Source: Candidatus Saccharimonadota bacterium
GTDB lineage: Bacteria; Patescibacteriota; Gracilibacteria; BD1-5; UBA2023
DNA: 32,000 bases
Reading direction: 5' to 3'
NCBI GenBank assembly: GCA_046350815.1
Contig: JAXLZO010000001.1
Coordinates: 390,001-422,000, forward strand
The notes under the pieces are model-generated. The model had not been told where the DNA came from. It was given only the letters and a program-made list of their open reading frames with translations, and made no database searches. The translations under genes and the position numbers were made by a program. Shown piece by piece: positions 10,309 to 19,506 of this stretch (positions are counted from its first letter, which is position 1; every line of letters begins with the position of its first letter).

Positions 10309-10329
10309 TCCCTCATATGAGGGATTATT
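10304..10329 (+). terminator. Perfect 26-nt palindrome hairpin overlapping the stop codon
   Basis: AATAATCCCTCATATGAGGGATTATT is its own reverse complement. It is followed by cattgtttc. Confidence 0.6.
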
Positions 10330-10413
10330 CATTGTTTCAGATTATATGCTATCTTTTTTCATGCTTTGAGTTTTCTTGAAAGTTGCTACAATGAGTTTTT
10401 CCAATGCTTTTTC

Positions 10414-12366
10414 ATGCCAGATTTCCGACTCGTATCAGATTATGCACCAACAGGTGATCAACCTCAAGCGATCAAGATGTTGACGGATTCCTTTCTTGCT
10501 GGCAATAGGTCTCAGGCACTCCTCGGTGTGACAGGATCAGGAAAAACCTATACGATGGCAAATATCATTGCCAATCTTCAAAGACCGACATTAGTGATTG
10601 CTCATAACAAGACACTCGCAGCTCAACTCGCTGCAGAGTTTGCAGAATTTTTTCCAGATAATGCTGTGCATTACTTTGTCTCCTACTATGACTACTATCA
10701 ACCAGAAGCATTTGTCGTGAAGACGGGTGCTTATATTGAGAAAGAGGCGACGATTAATGCGGAGATTGATCGCTTTCGTCATGCAGCGACCGAATCGCTC
10801 CTTACCCGTCGGGACGTAATTATCGTCGCATCAGTCTCATGTATCTACGGCATTGGGGAAGTGGATGAATATGAGAAGCAAGTGCTTCATTTTGAAGTAG
10901 GGCAAAATTATTCACTTGAAGATGTTATTTCTCATCTTGTAAAACTTCAATTTAGTCGATCTACCACGGATTTTTCACAGTGAATGTTTCGTGTGTTTGG
11001 CGACACACTTGAAATATTTCCTTCTTCGCGTGAGATGATTTATTCTCTCGATTTTTTTGATGAAACCCTTGATCGTATTCGTATTCGAGAGCCACTTACG
11101 AATCGTATTCTTGAAAGTGTCGAGAGTATCGTTGTATTCCCGGCAAAACATTTTATGACGTCTCGATCAATGGCTGATGAGATCATTCCAAAGATTCGCC
11201 ATGAGCTCGATGAACGCGTAGCACATTTTCAACATATTGGAAAACTTGTTGAGGCGGAGCGAATCAAGATGCGAACAGACTATGATATCGAGATGCTCCA
11301 AGAAACATGATATGTCTCAGGTATAGAGAATTATTCTCTCTATATGTCCAATCGACCGCTTGGCACCCCACCATCCACGCTTATAGATTTCTTCCCGAAA
11401 GATGCGCTTTGTTTTGTTGATGAGTCGCATATTAGCCTTCCACAAATCGGTGGTATGTATGCAGGGGATCGAGCTCGCAAGACGAATCTTATCGAATATG
11501 GTTTTCGTCTGCCGAGTGCCTATGAGAATCGACCACTTCAATTTCATGAATTTGAACAAAAAGTAGGTCAAACTCTCTATATTTCGGCGACACCAGCAAA
11601 ATATGAACTTGAGAAAAGTAGTGTAGTTGCAGAGCAGATTATTCGTCCGACCTGACTTCTTGATCCAGAAATTATACTTGAGGAGATGGAATACGTTGCA
11701 GATTCGCTCCTTGGTCATATTCAAAAAGTATGTGCACGTGGAGAGCGAGCTCTTATTACGACTATCACGAAGAAATCGAGCGAAGAACTCGCTGAATTTC
11801 TCGCGGGAAATGGAGTGAAAGTAAAGTATCTTCATTCGGAAATTGAGACCATTGAACGATTGGAAGTATTACGTGACTTGCGAGTATGAGATATTGATGT
11901 TATCGTCGGTGTAAATCTTCTTCGAGAGGGTCTTGATCTTCCAGAGGTCTCATTCATCGGGATTCTTGATGCTGAGAAAATTGGATTTCTCCGATCGAAA
12001 TCGTCACTCCTGCAAATTATTGGAAGAGCTGCGCGCAATGCGAATGGTTATGTTGTAATGTACTCTCATCAACTCAAAATGTCCGAGGCAATGAAAGAGG
12101 CTATTGAAGAGACAAATCGTCGCCGAGCTGTACAGATTGAGTATAATACGAAACACTCGATCACACCAACGACGATTATATCACGCATCAAAGATATCGG
12201 ACTTTCTCGCAAGGGTGAGAGTGATGAGTTTGATATTATTGAGGATCTCGAAACTCGAAAGAAACGTATCGAACTTGAAATGCTCTCAGCTGCAAAGAAT
12301 CTTGATTTTGAGCGAGCGGCAGAACTTCGTGATATGCTGACACTTCTGGAGCGTGAAGTGCTATAA
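10414..12366 (+). CDS. uvrB: Excinuclease ABC subunit B
   Basis: [20 protein letters not shown]...GVTGSGKT. Four in-frame TGA fall on conserved Gly: FSQ-G-MFRVFGD (10981), [12 protein letters not shown] (11308), IIRPT-G-LLDPE (11653) and [23 protein letters not shown] (11887). The C-terminal UVR motif is FERAAELRD. Stop is TAA. Confidence 0.95.
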
Positions 12367-12409
12367 TTGTTTTGCAAAATCCCATTTTTCCCTATACTAC
12401 AGCTCGCCT

Positions 12410-12484
12410 AGCTCTGTAGTTCAACGGTCAGAATTAAGGACTCCAAATCCTTCGATCAGGGTTCGATTCCCTGCGGAGCTGCCA
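12410..12484 (+). tRNA. trnW: tRNA-Trp (anticodon CCA)
   Basis: Hand-folded cloverleaf. Acceptor AGCTCTG/CGGAGCT with one G-U pair. D arm GTTC-aacggtca-GAAT. Anticodon arm AAGGA-CTCCAAA-TCCTT. T arm CAGGG-ttcgatt-CCCTG. Discriminator G plus an encoded CCA. Confidence 0.85.
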
Positions 12485-12486
12485 AA

Positions 12487-12540
12487 ATAAAACAAAAATC
12501 ATGAGATTACTTTATAAAACAAAAATCATGAGATTACTTT
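12487..12540. repeat. Exact 27-bp tandem duplication immediately 3' of tRNA-Trp
   Basis: ATAAAACAAAAATCATGAGATTACTTT occurs twice head to tail (12487-12513 and 12514-12540). Confidence 0.9.
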
Positions 12541-12800
12541 CGATCTTTTTATGATCAGCATTTATACTTAACTGAGTATTACATTTAGTAAATAATTTAG
12601 ACGCCTTAAGACACTGAACCCCATCATTATATGTACTAATATTTCTTTTGTATACATCATGGTGAGTGTGTCTTACTACTATTTGGTTTGTAGATTATTT
12701 CATGCATTTAAATTCATGAAATAATAGAGGTAGATTATATATCAAAAAACTAATACTTATTGTATGATTAATTACTACAATTGCATGAGTTAAACCTCTA

Positions 12801-13127
12801 ATGACCATCGTATTAAATAACTCCAATACGTCTATTATACCATTGGTTTTAGGTGCTATTATGATCTCGTTTGGTAACTTTCACTACTTGTATTTTCATA
12901 GAAATGCGAGAATTTGGACGATATGTAAGTTGGTACTATGGGCATTTCTTCCATTAATCCTATGGTCACCTATTGCCATGATCTCATCAATGAGTACTAG
13001 TTGAGGTTTATCAGAATATTATTCAGTATCAACAACAATTCATTTATCAAGTCTTATAATATCATCTGAAATATTATTAAGTATTATTGTTTGGTATGTT
13101 TTTAATACAATTGAAAAAAGTAAATAA
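12801..13127 (+). CDS. Hypothetical small membrane protein (108 aa)
   Basis: Hydrophobic segments IIPLVLGAIMISFG, LVLWAFLPLILWSPIAMI and LLSIIVWYVF. One in-frame TGA (13002-13004). Stop is TAA 13125-13127. Confidence 0.4.
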
Positions 13128-13163
13128 GAATATTATAGCAAAATTTATGCAGTTTCTTATCCA

Positions 13164-13196
13164 ATATCCTTCTTCATTTAAAATGAAGAAGGATAT
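13164..13196. terminator. Bidirectional terminator hairpin between convergent genes
   Basis: ATATCCTTCTTCATTT / AAATGAAGAAGGATAT near-perfect palindrome followed by TTT. Confidence 0.6.
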
Positions 13197-13210
13197 TTTG
13201 GAGATAAATA

Positions 13211-14197
13211 TTACTTTGGCAACCAATTCTGATGCATCTCTAAAATCTCGGGACTAAATATTCCTATCATATATCCTAGTAGGAGAGCAAATGAGAGGAG
13301 AAGAAGAATGAAAAAATAACCCGAGAGAGAAAGTTGATTTTTCTCTTGCGATCCATCTTTCGCACACTTGTTATTCGCTTCATATGCTGCGAGGAGATTG
13401 TGCATAACGTAGGTAACGGTCATAGGACCTACACCACCAGGAACAGCTGTAACATCGACTCGTTCTTGATCGATAATATTAGTGTCGCCTACGAGCTTGC
13501 CATCTTGCTTGTTGATCCCGACATCAATAATAAGTGCGCCATCTTTGACATCATCATCGGTGATAGTATTTGGCCGTCCTACTGCAACGACAAGGATATC
13601 TGCTTTTTTCGTGAGTGATTGAATATTTTTACTGTGAGAATGTAGTATTGTGACGCTCATATTTGCTCGTAGTGCAAGATGAATGAGTGGTTTGCCCACT
13701 ATTTCAGAACGCCCAAGAATCACCATATGTTTTCCAGCGAGATCACTGCGATACGCTTCAGCAATATTCATGACTGCCTGTGGAGTGCATGCGATGAGTG
13801 ATGCATCTTTTGATGAAATCAGCGCCCCTAGATTTGACGTCGTGAGGCCGTCAACATCCTTGCGACTCTCAATGAGATCCAAGAGGGTGCGAGTATGAGG
13901 CTTCAGATGATCGGGAAGTGGCATCTGGAGAAGAATGGCATCCACCCCCGAGTCATTATTTGATTGCAGAATAATATCTCGAACATTCTCAAATGTGCTC
14001 TCTGTGGGAAGCTGGTGAACTGAAATAGTTGCACCAATTTCTTTTGCAATCTTCTCTTTATGGCCAACGTAGGTGAGTGAAGCAGGATTGGATCAAACAA
14101 GGATAACACTGAGGTGAGGTTTGCGTTTAAGATCGGTTATAATAGATTTGAGCTTATTTAAATGTTCTGCCTGAAGAGTTTTGGTAGTGATTTTCAT
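13211..14197 (-). CDS. folD: Methylenetetrahydrofolate dehydrogenase/cyclohydrolase with a C-terminal TM extension of about 50 aa
   Basis: MKITTKTLQAEH...PHLSVILV-[TGA 14093-14095]-SNPASLTYVGHK...DAILLQMPLP...GRSEIVGKP...VPGGVGPMTV. The VLVGxNPAS motif puts the TGA on Gly. The tail is ...LSGYFFILLLLSFALLLGYMIGIF... Confidence 0.9.
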
Positions 14198-14383
14198 GGA
14201 AAGAATTGGTAGAAAATGAGATAGCGCTTCAAAAAAAGAGAATTTGGAATCTTTGATGAGATTTTCTTGCAAATTATACGAAAAATCTTGACAAATCAAT
14301 TTGCAAAAAAAACATAAAAACATATACTCCTCTCCGCTTCTAAGTGAATATTGAATCAAACATTTACTGAAAAATATACTATT

Positions 14384-14815
14384 ATGGCTAAGAAACCTAC
14401 AAAAGTAGTCAAACTACAACTCAAGGCTGGTCAAGCAAATCCTGCGCCTCCAGTTGGTACGGCGCTCGGTCCTACAGGTATTCAGATTGCTGAATTTTGT
14501 AAGCAGTTCAACGACCGAACAAAAGATCAGATGGGTACTGTTCTTCCAACCGTAATTAACATCTACGAGGATCGAACATTTGACTTCTATACGAAGCAAC
14601 CACCGATGACGTATCTCATCAAGACAGAGCTCAATCTCAAATCTGGATCAAAACTTCCACACAAGGATAAAGTAGCACATCTCACTGATGCTCAACTTGA
14701 GAAGATTGCTCATGCAAAGATGGCTGATCTTAACTGTTATGACATCGATATGGCAAAGTCCATCGTAGCTGGATCTGCGCGATCCATGGGTGTTACCTCC
14801 GATCTTAAGAGATAA
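14384..14815 (+). CDS. rplK: 50S ribosomal protein L11
   Basis: MAKKPTKVVKLQLKAGQANPAPPVGTALGPTGIQIAEFCKQFN... I prefer the ATG at 14384 over the TTG at 14351 used by the track. Confidence 0.93.
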   Translation: MAKKPTKVVKLQLKAGQANPAPPVGTALGPTGIQIAEFCKQFNDRTKDQMGTVLPTVINIYEDRTFDFYTKQPPMTYLIKTELNLKSGSKLPHKDKVAHLTDAQLEKIAHAKMADLNCYDIDMAKSIVAGSARSMGVTSDLKR

Positions 14816-14821
14816 AAGATT

Positions 14822-14841
14822 CAATTTCCGAAGGGAAATTG
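14822..14841 (+). other. 8-bp hairpin between rplK and tRNA-Glu
   Basis: CAATTTCC-gaag-GGAAATTG with no T tract, ending 4 nt before the tRNA 5' end. It could be a processing or attenuation structure. Confidence 0.4.
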
Positions 14842-14845
14842 CTAT

Positions 14846-14920
14846 GGCGATATCGTCTAGTGGTTAGGACGAGGGATTCTCATTCCCTAAACCGGAGTTC
14901 GATTCTCCGTATCGCTACCA
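14846..14920 (+). tRNA. trnE: tRNA-Glu (anticodon CUC)
   Basis: Acceptor GGCGATA/TATCGCT. The TC-GTC-TAGTGGTTAG-GAC D arm is typical of tRNA-Glu. Anticodon arm AGGGA-TTCTCAT-TCCCT. T arm CGGAG-ttcgatt-CTCCG. Ends ACCA. Confidence 0.85.
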
Positions 14921-15052
14921 TATTATTTTTCAAATCCTTATCATCAAGATAGGGATTTTTCTTCATTTATTATTGGTAGCATACATTTTTAATAGTTGAC
15001 TATAATATAAAATTATTTATATTATTTCTTTTAAAGTTGACATTATGATGAT

Positions 15053-15466
15053 ATGAATTCATGATGAAATGTAATTATCGCTCGACGAACGGTGTGTCCG
15101 ACTTGTGACTGTGGATATAATTTTTTAGTAAATGATTTAAAGTGTGATATAAATCGACACCCTATTCTAACTATCTCAAAGACAGAGATTGATTTATGTA
15201 TTTATTCAATTCAAAAGATCCAGACACTGGAGCAATTTGATCTCCTGAGAAAAATATTACGAGAACGACTTGGAGTTACCTTTCATTTGAACGGACGATG
15301 ACAGATGAGGGTTGATAAAACACCGTGAATATGTCAATCGATATGAAGTCGCATAAAAAATGCCTCTGAGAGATTATTTCCACAGGAAGAAATAATGGAC
15401 TTATCATCTCCAAAAGGTAAACTACTTGTCTCAATACTTGATAGAGGATCACTTTTTGATTCTTAA
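15053..15466 (+). CDS. Hypothetical protein with an N-terminal CPTCDC cysteine cluster
   Basis: The frame is open from ATG 15053 to TAA 15464-15466 if 5 TGA are read as sense. There is no recognisable family and the region is AT-rich. Confidence 0.3.
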
Positions 15467-15485
15467 AGATAGTTCTCAGTTACAA

Positions 15486-15513
15486 AATAAAATCACCATT
15501 TGGTGATTTTATT
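15486..15513. terminator. 13-bp hairpin shared by convergent genes
   Basis: AATAAAATCACCA-tt-TGGTGATTTTATT. It overlaps the cyclase stop codon (15509-15511). Confidence 0.6.
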
Positions 15514-17503
15514 TCACTTTCATCTCGTATATACCATCTATTACTTCTATGATACCATCGAGAGCATCCTGACATCTTTCTGCCATCATTTCTGCCGCAT
15601 CATCATCTGGAATGCTTAGAAAAATTTTTTGAGCTTCCGTATAGAGCCCAGAATAATAACGATAGAGCGCATCGTTATATGCAGTATATTTTTCAATATT
15701 GTTCGTGTCATCTTTGTAACCAAGAAGTTCATATATTTTTACGCCTTTTGTTTTTCATTTCACCTTAATAGTATCAAGCTCTCGGAAGACAAATTGATCC
15801 CTTGCCTGAAGATAGGTCGACTCACTCACACAAATAGAGGTTCCATATTCTTTGTTGACTCATTCGAGACGTGCTGCAAGATTTACACTATCGCCAATTG
15901 CCGTGTAGCTAAATCGATCTTGTGATCCAATATTGCCAACAATTGCTTCGCCAGTATTGATACCAATACGTGCATTGATGGGTGGAATACTCTGAAGAGA
16001 CCATTTTTCATTGAGTATTTTGATAGCCTTTTGTTGTTCAAGCGCAGTTATACAAGCATGGTGTGCAGGGTTATCTATTGTGAGAGGAGCATTGAAGAAT
16101 CCCATCACAGCATCGCCAATATATTTATCAAGTGTTCCTTTGTTTGCAATAAGGATATTGGTCATCTCAGAGAGATATTCTGAGAGTATACTAAAGAGTT
16201 TCTCAGCACCGAGAAGTTCTGAAATTGTAGTGAAACCCGCAATGTCTGAGAAAAAAATAGTGATTTCCCGTTTCTCTCATCAGAGTTTGAGTGTATCTGG
16301 ATGATCTCAAATTTCTCGAACAATCTCTGGCGCAAGATAGCGAGAGAAAGCAAGCTCAATAAAACGCCTTTTTTTATTCACAATAAAATATCGGTAGAGT
16401 GTAGAGACCACAAAAGTGGTAGTTATGGAGATAAAATAAGCAAAAAGATTTATAACAATACCATGAGCTGCAAATACCCATCGCGCAAAAATAAATACTC
16501 CGATAAATAAACAGAAAAAGACTATTGCCGAAAGACGCGTTGGAAATCGAAAGAAAAAAACAACGAGAAATAATACAAGAAGTATAAGTGATATGATAAG
16601 TTCTCGATCCGTCTGCTCCCTCAGAAATTTTCCTTGTAAGAGAGAGTCGAGCATATTGGCATGAAATTCTACCCCAGGCATCTTAATATTATGATCGATA
16701 GGGCTAAAGTGTGCATCATGAATCAGTGTTCCGTATTCACCAATCAGTACAATTTTGTCACGAAAAATTGCAGGATCAATCCTGTCTTCAAGTACGTCTA
16801 TGAGTGAATAGCTTGGATAACCTTCTGGTGGATGAAAGAATCGAATGAGCACATTTCATTCTGAATTTACTGGAACAGATCGAAGTGGATTAATCACATA
16901 CCTTCATGATTCAAATTTTCCAATATTCTCGTTATTACCAATGAATGCTCGATAAAGCCTGACGCTCATAGACTCGATTGTTTGTCCTGAGAGAGTGTAG
17001 ATCGGCTGGATTTTATTGACAACATTTTTTGATAGATGTACATCAATTGCACCCCAATGAGCACTGTTATAAATAGGGAGAGGTAGAACTTGATTTTCAG
17101 CATTCTCATCTTGATTCCCTATCTTTGCTGCGATTACAATATTCTTATATTTTTCAAGCGTATTTTTGAGTCTATGAGCATCTTCGGATTGATTGGCAAA
17201 TATAACGTCAATTCCTATTGCTTTTGCATCGTATCATTCCAACTTTTCAAGTGTGTTGGCAAAAACAGTCTTAGAGAGATTGAGTACGCGTAGATCACTT
17301 TTTTCGAGGGCATCAAGACTCTTGTTATCAATTTTGATTATGATAATCCTGTTGGAACTTTGATCATAATTTCCCTGATAGAGAAAGATAGTGTTGAAAT
17401 CTAATCCAACAGCAACAATGAGGAGGAGATAGAGAATAAAACTTCCAATAGAACTTAAGCAAAATGTGAGAAGAATATTGGTTGTATTTTTTCTGAGGTA
17501 CAT
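15509..17503 (-). CDS. CHASE2 sensor, multi-TM, class III adenylate/guanylate cyclase (664 aa)
   Basis: I hand-translated all segments not already covered by standard-code ORFs in this frame and found 8 in-frame TGA and no TAA or TAG. The protein has an N-terminal TM, a periplasmic region (...IGIDVIFA...VLIGEYGTLIHDAHFSPI...MPGVEFHANMLDSLL) and 3 TM helices. The cyclase core is LKL-[TGA TGA]-EKREITIFFSDIAGFT...KYIGDAVMGFFNAP...RIGINTGEAIVGNIG...YTAIGDSVNLAARLE-[TGA]-VNK. Confidence 0.88.
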
Positions 17504-17595
17504 ATACTAAGATGGATAGGGGATACTTTTCATCTCGCACAGGATAGCTTGACACGTGGCATCTCTATTATTTCACATTTGTTATATTCATTCCT

Positions 17596-18891
17596 ATGAA
17601 AAATGAAAACAAAAAACTTATTACCGTTATTTTTCTTTTTATAGTTGTAATTGGTGGGACTGTCTTTTTTTCTCGACACAAAACAACTGATGAGTATCAG
17701 TATCAGATCAGTCAAAATACTGGTAAATCTATCACAACTGGATCGGTAAATACTGTTAATAATTCCATCGTTCTTGCGTATGCAAGTCAGGTGAAATGAA
17801 GCGTTGAGAAAATATCTGCTCGTGATACATCGAGCGTCCGAACGAACACAACTTTTCTCGCAGGTGATAGTGTGATTACTGACGATAAGAGTGAGGTAGA
17901 AATTATTTTTGCAGACAACTCTATTGTTCGTTTAGCTCCAAATTCCAAGATTTCATTTACAAAACTTTCAAAAGAAAGTAATGAGATGAGTCTTGAGGAT
18001 GGAATCCTTTGGGCACGTGTACTGAAGCCGTTCTACGATGCATCATTTTTCACAGTTGCGACGAATGATCTCTCAGCAGGCGTTCGTGGAACGTCAGTTC
18101 TTATCAAAAAGCAAAAAAATATAAGTCAAGTACATGTTATTGACTCTTTCTCTGAGGATCCAACAAAAGCATGAGTAGTGGTTTCCTACAAAGATCTTAA
18201 GAATGGTAGTGCCAAGCAAGATCTTGTAAAACCTGAACAAAACTTCACGATCGATACCGAAAAATGAAAGGTAATGACGGGAGTGATTACAAATACAGAA
18301 GCATTTAAAGATCGATTTATTCGTCGTAATACTCAGAAGGATCTTATTTATATGAATGCACTACAAATTGAGAAAAAAGATGATACTGCTATGATGGAGC
18401 GAATTAAAGGAGAAATGACAGTGACTTTCCCAAGTATTACATGATGAGAGATGCAATCCTTCTATCTTGAAACAAAGCGTGAGAAAAAAGATCTCATAGA
18501 TGATACAGCGAAACTCTCGCCAAGTATGATGATGGAGGCAGTAGAAGATGAGCTTATCATAGATAATAAAAAAACTGAAACTGAAGAACTCATCGAAGAT
18601 CTGAAAAAACAAATCACTCCTGAAAATCGTCTCGAAATAGAGCGTCAAATTCAAGAGAAAAAAGATGAACTTCAAAAAACAATCGATACGGTTGTTCCCC
18701 CAACCATTGTCATTAAACCAACTCTGCTCCCACCAACGATCAATACACAGGTTGCTCCCGTGAAAACGCCAACGAAAATTACAACACCAGTGAAAGTTGA
18801 ACCGGTCAAACTCCCTGCTGATAACCCGATTGTTACTCCTGAGCCAACACTTCCAAAGCCGAGCGTCTCGGGTGAAGTAATCGTTCGATAA
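17596..18891 (+). CDS. Membrane-anchored FecR-domain protein with a coiled-coil and a Pro/Thr-rich tail (431 aa)
   Basis: Signal anchor LITVIFLFIVVIGGTVFF. FecR-like core GDSVITDDKSEVEIIFADNSIVRLAPNSKISF...FTVATNDLSAGVRGTSVLI. There are 5 in-frame TGA including a tandem pair at 18442-18447. The tail is PPTIVIKPTLLPPTINTQVAPVKTPTKITTPVKVEPVKLP. Stop is TAA. Confidence 0.75.
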
Positions 18892-18895
18892 ACAT

Positions 18896-18930
18896 AAAAA
18901 CCATCTTTCAATCATAAGGATGGATTTTTT
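18896..18930 (+). terminator. Bulged hairpin with an A tract and T tract after the FecR-like gene
   Basis: AAAAACCATCTT...AAGGATGGATTTTTT. Confidence 0.45.
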
Positions 18931-19030
18931 ATGGTTATATTTTTCACGAAAAACGTCACTGATTTTCTATAGGTTTATAGAATTGCTAATATATTAAATA
19001 TATGTATAATAATTTTGTTTAAAAAGAACT

Positions 19031-19333
19031 ATGGGGTACTGACTTGAGAAAAATGCACATCACAATACAGAGGTAGATCTTCTTTTGATAGCATTAAATG
19101 AGCGTTATTTTAGAGGTGAGATTGATATTGATGAGCTCCGTGCTGAGTTTTGGGAGTGTGCTCAGATAGAAAAATCTATCTATCAAAATCAAGACATAGC
19201 CTTGTCAGGAGTCTCATCAAGACGAGATGATGACTTGCGGGATCAAGATTGCATGAATTCGGGTCAAGACGAGGTTATTGTTATTGATACAAGGGAAAGC
19301 TGCAGTAAGGTTCTGGGATTACAGCAAAAATAA
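19031..19333 (+). CDS. Hypothetical acidic protein (100 aa)
   Basis: ATG at 19031 with one TGA at codon 4. It continues into the track ORF 19085-19333. No family recognised. Confidence 0.3.
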
Positions 19334-19506
19334 AATAATTTCGCTTCGTACCTGTTTCTATGGTCATTTGAGTTTCGCTTATTACCAAGACTCTTTTTTA
19401 TAATTCTCGTTTCAAAATATACCATATTGAATTAAATACATCCTGCAAGATAGAATTGTTGCTTAATCGTGATGAATCTGATACGATAATCTATCGTCTC
19501 AGAATT

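Noticed and set aside
9479-10369. Track ORFs 9479-9676, 9794-10066 and 10187-10369 as separate genes
   Set aside because: They are out-of-frame readings inside the single 8989-10308 surface-protein gene, which is continuous in one frame once TGA is read as Gly.
12487-12540. The 27-bp repeat as a minimal CRISPR array
   Set aside because: There are only two copies, directly abutting with no spacer, no repeat palindrome and no cas genes nearby.
14198-14359. N-terminal extension of folD back to 14359 (MIQYSLRSGEEYMF...)
   Set aside because: FolD homology begins at MKITTK (ATG, top coordinate 14197). The extension would overlap the rplK promoter and start region and is Cys/Phe-rich.
18361-18915. 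184-aa minus-strand ORF (and 18672-18911)
   Set aside because: It is antisense to the FecR-like gene. It is Trp/Cys/Phe-rich, the mirror image of the Lys/Glu/Pro-rich sense strand.
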